From positions 218 to 64,217 of the forward strand of contig NZ_JAPLAI010000036.1 in NCBI RefSeq assembly GCF_026393345.1: 64,000 nucleotides of DNA. Direction: 5' to 3'. A model generated the notes under the pieces. That model was given only the letters and a program-made list of their open reading frames with translations, was not told where the DNA came from and ran no database searches. Below, piece after piece: positions 21,116 through 29,549 of the stretch. Within the stretch, counting starts at the first letter, position 1. Each line of letters starts with the position of its first letter. Made by a program: the position numbers and the translations under genes. Source of the DNA: Microbacterium sp. Its GTDB lineage: Bacteria; Actinomycetota; Actinomycetes; Actinomycetales; Microbacteriaceae.

Positions 21116-21949
21116 TCAGGCGGTGACGAAGTCGATGAGCTCCTCGACCCGGCCGAGCAGCGTCGGCTCGAGGTCCCGGTAGCTGTGCACACGGCCGAGG
21201 ATGCGCTGCCACGCCCGCGCGATGTCAGCCTGGTCCTCGGCGGGCCAGCCGAAGGCGCGGCAGATCCCGACCTTCCACTCGATGCCCCGCGGGATCTCGG
21301 GCCAGCGCGCGATGCCGAGGGCCTGCGGGGTGACGCACTGCCACACGTCGACAAAGGGATGCCCGACGATCCGCAGGTGTTTCCCGTGCCGCCCCCGTTC
21401 GATCTCCCGCGCGATGCGTTCCTCCTTCGAGCCCCGCACCAGGTGGTCCACGAGCACCCCGTAGCGGCGCTCGGCGGTGGGCGGTTCCTCCTCCAGGAGC
21501 GCGCCGAGCAGATCGACGCCCTGCAGGTACTCGACCACGACGCCTTCCACGCGCAGATCCGCGCCCCACACCTTCTCCACGAGTTCGGCGTCATGGCGAC
21601 CCTCGACGAGGATGCGGCTCGGGCGGGCGATGCGCGCCCGGGAGTCGGCCACGGCGAAGGAGCCGGATGCGGTCCGTGCGGGTCCCGTCGCCTTCGGCCC
21701 GGTCGGGGCCACGAGGATGACGGCCTCGCCGTCGACGAGGAAGCCGGGGCCGAGCGGGAACATGCGGCGACGGCCGTGACGGTCCTCGAGCTCGACCAGC
21801 CCGCCGGTGACGCCCGTCACCGCACCGCAGAACCCGTCCTCGGCGACCTCGATCACCGTGTCGCGGTCCGCGGGCACACGGGCGAGTTGCTTCTGTGCGC
21901 GCTGCTTCCAGCCGGGTGAGAGCACGTCTGCGCCGTAGCGATCGTCCAT
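21116..21949 (-). CDS. DUF3097-like protein
   Basis: MDDRYGADVL, RTASGS, ILVEGRHDAELVEKVWG, LVDHLVRGSKE, GHPFVDVWQ. Confidence 0.85.
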   Translation of the reverse strand: MDDRYGADVLSPGWKQRAQKQLARVPADRDTVIEVAEDGFCGAVTGVTGGLVELEDRHGRRRMFPLGPGFLVDGEAVILVAPTGPKATGPARTASGSFAVADSRARIARPSRILVEGRHDAELVEKVWGADLRVEGVVVEYLQGVDLLGALLEEEPPTAERRYGVLVDHLVRGSKEERIAREIERGRHGKHLRIVGHPFVDVWQCVTPQALGIARWPEIPRGIEWKVGICRAFGWPAEDQADIARAWQRILGRVHSYRDLEPTLLGRVEELIDFVTA

Positions 21950-22091
21950 GGGGACCTCCGGGTCGGCAAGCGTAGTCGTCCGCGGCGGCACCGGACGGCA
22001 GCGACCCGCCCGATTCCGGGTTCATGGCGGATGCAGAGCAGCCGTGAATAGACTCGCATCGGGCGCTTCCCCGCGCCCGGAGGAGGCATCG

Positions 22092-24086
22092 ATGCGGCGC
22101 TGGGCACTCTCGCTGATGGCGGCGATCGGCCTCGTGCTGCTCGGAGCCCTGCCGGCTGCGGCCGCCGACCCGATCACACTCGGCAGCGGATATGTCGCCG
22201 ACGAGGCCGGTGCCCTGAGTTCCGCGGAGACCGTGGCCGCCCAGGAGCGGCTCGACCAACTCCGCGACGAGAGCGGCCTCGACCTGTGGGTCGTGTTCGT
22301 CGACGAGTTCACCTCGCCGAGCGACGCCGAGAGCTGGGCGAACGAGACCGCGTCCCGTAACGGTCTGGGCCCCACCCAATACCTCCTCGCGGTCGCCGTG
22401 GACGCGCGCCAGTACTACCTGTCCGGCGACACCTCCGGGCCGCTCACCGCAGACCAGCTCGGCACGATCGAACAGCAGCGCATCCAGCCGGAGCTCCGTG
22501 AGTCCGACTGGGCGGGCGCGATCGATGCCGCCGCCGCCGGTCTCACCGATGCGGCCGGCGGGGGCTCCGGTGCGCCGGCAGCGGATCCATCCGAGGCGAC
22601 GGGGGCGGGTGTCGGCACCGTCATCGCGATCGTGGCGGTGGTCGTCATCATCGGCGTCATCGTCTTCTTCGTCGTCCGCTCCCGCCGCCGCGGCCGGGCC
22701 CGCACGCCCGCCGTCGAGAGCACCGAGGACCTCGCGCGTCGCGCAGCGGTCGCGCTGGTGCAGGCCGACGACGCCGTCCGTGGCAGTCAGGAGGAGCTCG
22801 GCTTCGCGTCCGCGCAGTTCGGCGACGCCGCGACCGCCGACTTCCAGACCGCGATCGCCACGGCACAGCAGGAAGTCGAACAGGCGTTCCGCCTCCGGCA
22901 GCAGCTCGACGACGAGATCCCCGACACCGACGAGCAGAAGCGGGCGTGGCAGACGCAGGTGCTCGAGCTGTGCCAGGCGGCGCAGTCCCGGCTCGAAGAG
23001 AAGAAGACCGCGTTCGACGAACTGCGTCGCCTCGAGCAGGACGCTCCCGCCGCTCTAGAACGCGCGGCAGCAGAACGAGCGCGGGTCGGCGCCGCGGTGG
23101 ACGGCTCCGTCGCCGCCGGCCAGCGTCTCGCGGCGTCCTACGCGTCCACCGCGCTCGCCCCCGTCGCCGACAACGCCGCGCAGGCACAGGAGCGGCTCCG
23201 CTTCGCCGATCAGCAGATCGCGGCCGCCCGCACGGCACTCTCGGCGGGGACGACGGGTCCCGCGGCCGTGGCCATCCGAAGCGCCGAGCAGGCTGTCGCG
23301 CAGGCCGCGCAGCTGGCGCAGGCCATCGACGCCCTCGGCGCCAGGCTGACCGAGGCCGCCGCGCAGCTGCCGGCCCTCGCTGCGGAAGTGCAGCGGGAGA
23401 TCGCCTCGGCGTCCGCGCTGCCCGACCCAGACGCGCGCGTCGCCCAGGTCATCGTGCTCGCCCAGCAGGCGCTCACCGTCGATGCCTCGGCCGACCCGGT
23501 GCAGGCGCTGCAGGTGCTGCAGGACGCCGACACCCAGCTCGACGCGGTGCTCGGCCAGGCCCGGGATGCGGCCGACCGCGCGGCGCGTGCCCGCTCGGTG
23601 CTGCCGGCAACGCTGACCCAGGCGAGCGCCGGTGCCGCGACGGCGGCCGATTTCATCTCGTCCCGCCGCGGCGCGGTGGGGGCCACCGCGCGCACCCGGC
23701 TCACGGAGGCGCAGGCCGCACTCGCCGAGGCACAGGGGCTCGCCGACACCGACCCCGAGCAGGCCCTGGCGGCGGCGCAGCGCGCCGAACAGCTTGCCCG
23801 GCAGTCGCTGCAGTCCGCGCAGAGCGACGTCGGATCGTTCTCGTCCTCCTGGGGCAACACGCAACCCGGCAACGACATGGGCGCCTTCCTCGGCGGTCTG
23901 CTGATCGGATCCTCGACCTCCCGAAACCGCAGTTACGGCGGCGGATTCGGGGGCGGTTTCGGCGGCGGTTTCGGGAGCGGCGGCTCCCGCTCCTCCGGCC
24001 GCAGCTCGTCCGGCCGCTCCCGCTCCGGCGGCGGCGGCTTCGGCGGGGGCGGCTCCCGCTCGCGCCGAGGAGGTGGGCGCTTCTGA
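22092..24086 (+). CDS. TPM-domain membrane protein with coiled coil and Gly/Ser/Arg-rich tail
   Basis: Signal peptide, VADEAGALS...LWVVFVDEF...YLLAVAV TPM fold, TM, long Ala/Gln helix, GGGFGGG...RRGGGRF. Confidence 0.85.
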   Translation: MRRWALSLMAAIGLVLLGALPAAAADPITLGSGYVADEAGALSSAETVAAQERLDQLRDESGLDLWVVFVDEFTSPSDAESWANETASRNGLGPTQYLLAVAVDARQYYLSGDTSGPLTADQLGTIEQQRIQPELRESDWAGAIDAAAAGLTDAAGGGSGAPAADPSEATGAGVGTVIAIVAVVVIIGVIVFFVVRSRRRGRARTPAVESTEDLARRAAVALVQADDAVRGSQEELGFASAQFGDAATADFQTAIATAQQEVEQAFRLRQQLDDEIPDTDEQKRAWQTQVLELCQAAQSRLEEKKTAFDELRRLEQDAPAALERAAAERARVGAAVDGSVAAGQRLAASYASTALAPVADNAAQAQERLRFADQQIAAARTALSAGTTGPAAVAIRSAEQAVAQAAQLAQAIDALGARLTEAAAQLPALAAEVQREIASASALPDPDARVAQVIVLAQQALTVDASADPVQALQVLQDADTQLDAVLGQARDAADRAARARSVLPATLTQASAGAATAADFISSRRGAVGATARTRLTEAQAALAEAQGLADTDPEQALAAAQRAEQLARQSLQSAQSDVGSFSSSWGNTQPGNDMGAFLGGLLIGSSTSRNRSYGGGFGGGFGGGFGSGGSRSSGRSSSGRSRSGGGGFGGGGSRSRRGGGRF

Positions 24087-24143
24087 CCCCGCCCGCATCC
24101 TTCCCCTCGACCCTCATCCCTGTTCCCTAGGAAAGGACCAACG

Positions 24144-24932
24144 ATGGCCAAGCAGTCCATCTTCGGACGTATCTCGACCCTCGTCCGCGCCAACATCAAC
24201 GCCATGATCGACTCGGCGGAAGACCCGCAGAAGATGCTCGATCAGTTGGTGCGCGACTACACCAACAACATCGCCGACGCCGAGTCGGCCATCGCCGAGA
24301 CGATCGGCAACCTGCGTCTGCTCGAGCGCGACCACCAGGAAGACGTGCAGGCGGCTGCGGAGTGGGGCAGCAAGGCCCTCGCCGCCAGCCGCAAGGGCGA
24401 CGAACTGCGCGCGGCCGGCGACGGCAGCGGTGCGGACAAGTTCGACAACCTGGCGAAGATCGCGCTGCAGCGGCAGCTGTCCGAAGAGAGCCAGGCCAAG
24501 GCCGCCGAGCCGCAGATCGCCGCGCAGACCGAGGTCGTCGACAAGCTCAAGGACGGCCTCAACGGCATGAAGCAGAAGCTCGAGCAGCTGCGCACCAAGC
24601 GCAGCGAGCTGCTCGCGCGGGCCAAGGTCGCCGAGGCGCAGAACAAAGTGCACGACGCCATCAAGAGCGTGAACGTCCTCGACCCGACGAGTGAGATCGG
24701 GCGGTTCGAAGACAAGATCCGCCGGCAGGAGGCGCTCGCGCAGGGCAAGGCGGAGCTCGCGGCCTCGAGCCTCGACGGGCAGTTCGAGTCGCTCGACGAC
24801 CTCGGCGAGCTGACCGAGGTGGAGGCGCGGCTGGCCGCACTGAAGGCAGGCAACACGCCGAGCGCCCTCTCGGCCGGCGCTGCGGAGCAGGCCGCCATCG
24901 CGCAGGACCTGCCCCAGCAGGCCCAGCAGTAA
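24144..24932 (+). CDS. pspA: PspA/IM30 family protein
   Basis: SIFGRISTLVRANINAMIDSAEDPQKMLDQLVRD, coiled coil, EVEARLAALK; AGGAAAGGA RBS. Confidence 0.93.
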   Translation: MAKQSIFGRISTLVRANINAMIDSAEDPQKMLDQLVRDYTNNIADAESAIAETIGNLRLLERDHQEDVQAAAEWGSKALAASRKGDELRAAGDGSGADKFDNLAKIALQRQLSEESQAKAAEPQIAAQTEVVDKLKDGLNGMKQKLEQLRTKRSELLARAKVAEAQNKVHDAIKSVNVLDPTSEIGRFEDKIRRQEALAQGKAELAASSLDGQFESLDDLGELTEVEARLAALKAGNTPSALSAGAAEQAAIAQDLPQQAQQ

Positions 24933-24988
24933 TCCCCTCGGAGGGAGCCGTGCCCGCGCACGGTTCCCTCCCCCAGTCAGGAGTCGCC

Positions 24989-25810
24989 GTGACCCGATTC
25001 GTGGTCGTCCCGCAGTGGCAGGGTTCCCCGTCTTCCCGCGCCATGCAGCTCATGGACGGGGCGGAGGCGATCGCCGGCGACCTGCCGAAGTCCTCCCGCA
25101 TCCGGGTCGACGTCCCGCTCGAGGCGGGAGACGCTCTCGGTAGCCCCGTGCAGCGGTTGAGCTCGCTGCTGCAGGTCCGCCAGTCGCTGGATGCGGTGCT
25201 GGCGCACCAGGACGAACCCGTCCTCATCGTCGGCGGCGACTGCTCGGTGTCGGTGGGCGGGATCGGTCACGCCGCGGCCCGGCATCACCGCCTGGCGGTG
25301 GTGTGGGCGGACGCGCACCCCGACCTGCACTCACCACTCACCTCCGCATCGCATGCCTTCAGCGGCATGGCGCTGCGCGCCGTGCTCGGTGAGGGGCCGG
25401 ACGGGCTCCGCCTGGCCGAGGGCACGGTGCTACCGACGGACGTCGTGCTGGTCGGCGCCCGTTCCTTCGACGACGCCGAGGATGGCTACATCGAGGGCTA
25501 CGGCATCCAGACCGTATCGGTCGACGACCTCTCTGACCCCGAGGCGCTGGCGCGCGCGGTCGCGGCGACGGGCGCGGACGCGGTGTACGTCCACATCGAC
25601 GTCGACGTGCTGGATCCCGATCAGATGCCTGGCGTGAAATCCGCGGAGCCGTTCGGCGTGCGGGTTCCGGCGCTCCTCGCGGCCCTCAAACGGCTGCGCG
25701 AGAATGTGCCGCTGGCAGGGGCGACGCTGGCGGAGTTCGTCCCGGCCTCCTCCGAGGCCGACCCCGCCGACATGGGGACCCTCCTCCGTCTGATCGGCGC
25801 GCTGGCATGA
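24989..25810 (+). CDS. Arginase/ureohydrolase family protein
   Basis: GGDCS, WADAHPDLH, HIDVDVLDP. Confidence 0.88.
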   Translation: MTRFVVVPQWQGSPSSRAMQLMDGAEAIAGDLPKSSRIRVDVPLEAGDALGSPVQRLSSLLQVRQSLDAVLAHQDEPVLIVGGDCSVSVGGIGHAAARHHRLAVVWADAHPDLHSPLTSASHAFSGMALRAVLGEGPDGLRLAEGTVLPTDVVLVGARSFDDAEDGYIEGYGIQTVSVDDLSDPEALARAVAATGADAVYVHIDVDVLDPDQMPGVKSAEPFGVRVPALLAALKRLRENVPLAGATLAEFVPASSEADPADMGTLLRLIGALA

Positions 25811-26193
25811 CCGGCTCACGCGTCGTCGAGGCGGTCCGGCTGGCGGGTTACGTCTACGGCTGCACGGTCGGCTGGGTGTGGGGCGGGCTCCTCAGCCGGG
25901 GCCGGATCGAACGGCGCGGCCGGTTGTGGGTGTTCCGCGGCATGCCGGGGTGGGCATACCCGCGCGGCGGCGTGTGCGTCGGGCACTGCTTCCTCACCGG
26001 CGACGGCCGGATCGACGATCGGCTGATCGCACACGAATCCGTGCACGAGCGGCAGTGGCGTCGGTACGGCTTCCTCATGCCGGTCCTGTACGCCCTGGCG
26101 GGTCGCGACGCGCTCCGCAACCGCTTCGAGATCGAGGCGGGCCTTGAGGACGGCAACTACCTGCCGCGGCGGCGCCGCGCAGGTCAAGGCTGA
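25807..26193 (+). CDS. Small HExxH zincin-like protein
   Basis: IAHESVHERQW...NRFEIEAG; ATGA overlap with arginase-like gene. Confidence 0.75.
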   Translation: MTGSRVVEAVRLAGYVYGCTVGWVWGGLLSRGRIERRGRLWVFRGMPGWAYPRGGVCVGHCFLTGDGRIDDRLIAHESVHERQWRRYGFLMPVLYALAGRDALRNRFEIEAGLEDGNYLPRRRRAGQG

Positions 26194-26708
26194 CCGGCGC
26201 GCAGCACCCCCACCCGCCAGACCCGTCGGCCGAGCACGATCACGACGATCAACGGGACGACGATCCAGACGAGGTTGGGGAGCACGGCGACCGTGAGGAA
26301 CCCCAGGAGATCCCCGCGCTCAAGCGACTGGCGCGTCATCTGCAGCCCACTGGAGATCTCGACGAGGAAGTAGATCACCGTCTTCCAGAACGTCGCCACG
26401 CTGACCAGCAGCGCGAGCACCACGCCGGACCACCGACGGTGCAACGCGATCGCCCAGACGAGCACGATGACCTCCAGCAGATTCGCCCAGCTCTGCGCAC
26501 TGCCGAACGAATCGACGTCGGCGTACCGGTGGTCGAACCCGGCGTAGAACACGTGCCCCGGCCAGAAGAACGCGAGCGGGCCGCCCTCGTGCGACAGCGG
26601 ACCGAGGAGCACGTAACAAGCGTCGTAGGTCTGGATCACTGCGGTGACGATGAGCCACAGGAGGATCGGGCGAGAAAGCCGGAGGGAGGGATGCTGCAGG
26701 TCGGTCAT
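26184..26708 (-). CDS. EXPERA/emopamil-binding-protein-like membrane protein
   Basis: 4 TMs with YDACYVLL, YAGFDHRY, AQSWANLLE, TFWKTVIYF, PNLVWIVVP. Confidence 0.65.
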   Translation of the reverse strand: MTDLQHPSLRLSRPILLWLIVTAVIQTYDACYVLLGPLSHEGGPLAFFWPGHVFYAGFDHRYADVDSFGSAQSWANLLEVIVLVWAIALHRRWSGVVLALLVSVATFWKTVIYFLVEISSGLQMTRQSLERGDLLGFLTVAVLPNLVWIVVPLIVVIVLGRRVWRVGVLRAGQP

Positions 26709-26732
26709 TGCCGCATGATAGCGGCCGCCGGA

Positions 26733-27197
26733 TCAGCGGACGGGCAGCAGGCCGAAGCGTTCCGGTGCGTGGATGCGGCTGGGGTCGATGCCCCGGTCCT
26801 GCACCAGGTGATCCACGATCTCCGCGGTGCCGAGGAAGCCGCCGAGCAGCGTCACGGTGGTCTCGCAGCCGCCGTCGCACAGCATTTCGTCGGCCCACGC
26901 ATTCACGGCACGGGCCAGCGCCTCGCCGTTGCTGCATCCACGCCCGGTGCCCGGAGCGCCGGAGCGGCGATCCCGGCAGAGCCAGGTGACCGTCATCCGC
27001 GGCGGGACCGACAGCGGCACGATGGCGGACGCATCCGGTACCTCGACGAACACCCGGCCGGTGGAGCAGATCGGCAGCGTCGTCAGCGCCAGTTCGAGAT
27101 CGGACAGCGACGCCTCGTCCGCCGTGACGACGTGCTGCGCGCGGGCGTGCTTGGACGCACGGCAGGCGCTTTCGTTGTGCGGAGTGATCTCGGGCAT
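26733..27197 (-). CDS. Stand-alone siderophore-interacting protein (SIP) C-terminal domain
   Basis: TADEASL, GRVFVEVPD, VTWLCR; IdeR box upstream. Confidence 0.75.
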   Translation of the reverse strand: MPEITPHNESACRASKHARAQHVVTADEASLSDLELALTTLPICSTGRVFVEVPDASAIVPLSVPPRMTVTWLCRDRRSGAPGTGRGCSNGEALARAVNAWADEMLCDGGCETTVTLLGGFLGTAEIVDHLVQDRGIDPSRIHAPERFGLLPVR

Positions 27198-27223
27198 GAC
27201 GGAATCACTATACCCCGCAAAGG

Positions 27224-27242
27224 GTAGGGTTGCCTAACCTTG
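27224..27242 (-). promoter_or_regulatory. DtxR/IdeR iron box
   Basis: CAAGGTTAGGCAACCCTAC vs consensus TWAGGTWAGSCTWACCTWA; -10 TATAGT at 27212-27207. Confidence 0.75.
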
Positions 27243-27974
27243 GTCGGGATTCTCAGCCTCGGCGACGAGTACCCGCCGAAGGGCGGCAATCTCCGCTTCG
27301 CTCAGCCCCGCCGAGCGCAGGTAGCCGGCGGCCGAACCGTAGCTCCGGTCGACCTCGTCCAGGAGCGTCGCCATCGCCTCGGCCGGCGAGTGAGCGACGA
27401 GCTCCTCCACATGCTGCGCGTCGGGATGCGCCGCACGGAGCCACGCGATCAGCCGGCGGTTACGCTCGGGCGGCAGCTCGGCGGCGGTCCGGGCGTAGTC
27501 CGCGACGACGGCGTCACGCTCGACGCCCGCAGCCTCCAGCAGCAGCGCCACGATCACCCCGGTCCGGTCCTTTCCCGCCGTGCAGTGGACGAGCACGGGC
27601 TGTTCGACGAGGATGCCGCGGGCAACCTCCGCGATGCGCTCGCCCGACTCGGTGACCAGGTGCCGGTAAAGCTCCTCCAGGCTGATGTCGTTCACGAAGA
27701 ACGAGTCCGCGGAGCCGAGGAACAGCGGTACGCGCTGGGGCACCGGCAGCCGGTCGTCGAGACGGCTGGGTTCGCGGGCGACCTCGTCGTCGTCGCGCAG
27801 GTCGATGATGCGGCGCAGCCCTCGCGCCACCAGGGTGTCGCGACCGGTCTCGTCGAGCCGGCCCAGCGTGCCCGAGCGCAGCAGCACCGCGTGCCGGGTG
27901 GTGCCGGACCCTGCAGGCAGCCCGCCGACGTCGCGGAGGTTGACCGCGCCGGAGACGTGGAGCGCGCTCGTCAC
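27234..27974 (-). CDS. Tyrosine-protein phosphatase (PtpB/IphP-like)
   Basis: NLRDVGG, IIDLRD, HCTAGKDRTG. Confidence 0.93.
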   Translation of the reverse strand: MTSALHVSGAVNLRDVGGLPAGSGTTRHAVLLRSGTLGRLDETGRDTLVARGLRRIIDLRDDDEVAREPSRLDDRLPVPQRVPLFLGSADSFFVNDISLEELYRHLVTESGERIAEVARGILVEQPVLVHCTAGKDRTGVIVALLLEAAGVERDAVVADYARTAAELPPERNRRLIAWLRAAHPDAQHVEELVAHSPAEAMATLLDEVDRSYGSAAGYLRSAGLSEAEIAALRRVLVAEAENPDQG

Positions 27975-28444
27975 GCGCCCTCACCGCGAGGAGGCACCGG
28001 GTAGCGGCCGGCGATCGTGATGCGGTTGAAGGCGTTGATGGACACCAGGATCCAGCTCAACGCGACATACTCGTCCTCCGAGAGGATGCCCCCGACGTGG
28101 TCGTACACGGAATCGGGCACGCCCTCCTCGTGGATGAACGTGAACGCCTCGGTCAATTCCAGTGCCGCGCGCTCGCGTTCGCTGAAGACGCCGGACTCCC
28201 GCCAGGTGGCGATCTGGGCGATGACGTCCGCATCCAGCCCGGCCTTCACGGCCCGGTCGACGTGCACCCGAACGCAGTAGGCGCAGCCGTTGAGCTGCGA
28301 GGCGTGCAGCTGGACGATCTCGGCGAGGCGAGCATCGATGCCGGCCTTCGTGGCGATGACCTTCGCCGACTTCGCGAGCGCGTCGAGCGCTTGGTATGCC
28401 TCCGGGGCGGACTTCGACAGGTGGACGCGCTGTTCCTCGCTCAT
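27971..28444 (-). CDS. Carboxymuconolactone decarboxylase/AhpD-like protein
   Basis: SQLNGCAYCVRVH, FSERERAAL, INAFNR. Confidence 0.92.
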   Translation of the reverse strand: MSEEQRVHLSKSAPEAYQALDALAKSAKVIATKAGIDARLAEIVQLHASQLNGCAYCVRVHVDRAVKAGLDADVIAQIATWRESGVFSERERAALELTEAFTFIHEEGVPDSVYDHVGGILSEDEYVALSWILVSINAFNRITIAGRYPVPPRGEGA

Positions 28445-28500
28445 GTCGCCAGACTACCGATTCGCATCCGCTCGCCCGGGCCGGCCCGTAGCATTCTGAC

Positions 28501-29430
28501 GTGACCGACGACGCTTTCGACGAGTTCTCCTTCCTTCCCGAGCAGGCCGCCGACCTCGGCGTGACCGGGCCGCTGCCCACCGCCCGCCGGCTGCAGTTCA
28601 CGCTCCGCGACGGCCGGGTCCTCTCCGGGCTGCGGTACGGCGACGCGCCCCCGCAGGTGACGTTCCTGCACGGCGCAGGTCTGAACGCGCACACCTGGGA
28701 CACCACGGTGCTCGCGCTCGGCCTCCCCGCCCTCACGCTGGATCTTCCCGGCCACGGCGATTCGTCCTGGCGCAACGATGCCGACTACTCGCCGCACACC
28801 CTCGCCCCGGATGTGGTGCAGGCGCTCCGCGCCTGGACCGACACCCCACAGGTGCTCGTCGGGCACTCGCTGGGCGGCCTCACCGCGACGGCGGTCGCCG
28901 CCTCCGCCCCCGATCTCGTGGCATCCCTGACGATCGTCGACATCACCCCCGGCGTGAACCCGGACGCGGGGCCCCGCCAGGTGCGCGAGTTCTTCGCCGG
29001 CCCCACCGACTGGGCGGATCGGGACGAGCTGGTCGAACGCGCGCTGTCCTTCGGGCTCGGCGGCACCCGCCGCGCGGCGGAACGGGGCGTGTACCTGAAC
29101 TCCCGGGTGCGCCCGGACGGCCGGGTGGAGTGGAAGCACCACTTCGCTCACCTCGCCGCCGCAGCCGCAGCCGCAGCCGACCCCGCGCCCGCCCCGGACG
29201 GCGCCGTCGCTGGGCTGCTCTCGACCGCCGCCTGGGCGGACGTCGAGGCCGTCGCCGCGCCCGTCACCCTCATCCGGGGGAATCAGGGCTACGTGACCGA
29301 AGCGGATGCGGAGGAATTCGGCCGCCATGCGCCCGCCGCCCGCGTCATCGTGGTCCCGGCGCACCACAACGTGCACGAGGAGATCCCCGCGCAGCTCGCC
29401 GACCTCATCCGGGGGATCGCCGCCTCATGA
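28501..29430 (+). CDS. Alpha/beta hydrolase
   Basis: FLHGAG, DLPGHGDS, GHSLGG, C-terminal His (HHNVH). Confidence 0.92.
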   Translation: MTDDAFDEFSFLPEQAADLGVTGPLPTARRLQFTLRDGRVLSGLRYGDAPPQVTFLHGAGLNAHTWDTTVLALGLPALTLDLPGHGDSSWRNDADYSPHTLAPDVVQALRAWTDTPQVLVGHSLGGLTATAVAASAPDLVASLTIVDITPGVNPDAGPRQVREFFAGPTDWADRDELVERALSFGLGGTRRAAERGVYLNSRVRPDGRVEWKHHFAHLAAAAAAAADPAPAPDGAVAGLLSTAAWADVEAVAAPVTLIRGNQGYVTEADAEEFGRHAPAARVIVVPAHHNVHEEIPAQLADLIRGIAAS

Positions 29431-29549
29431 CGGCGGATGTCATGTGACACACGCCGTGACCCTTCCGTGATCGCCGCCACCCTAGGCTGGTGTATCGCAC
29501 CGCAGCACCACCTGGAATCTCGAGCCCGGCCCCGGGCGAAAGGACGCGC

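Noticed and set aside
23935-24075. GGCGGT-type repeats as a DNA repeat element
   Set aside because: Explained by the Gly/Ser/Arg-rich tail of the TPM protein
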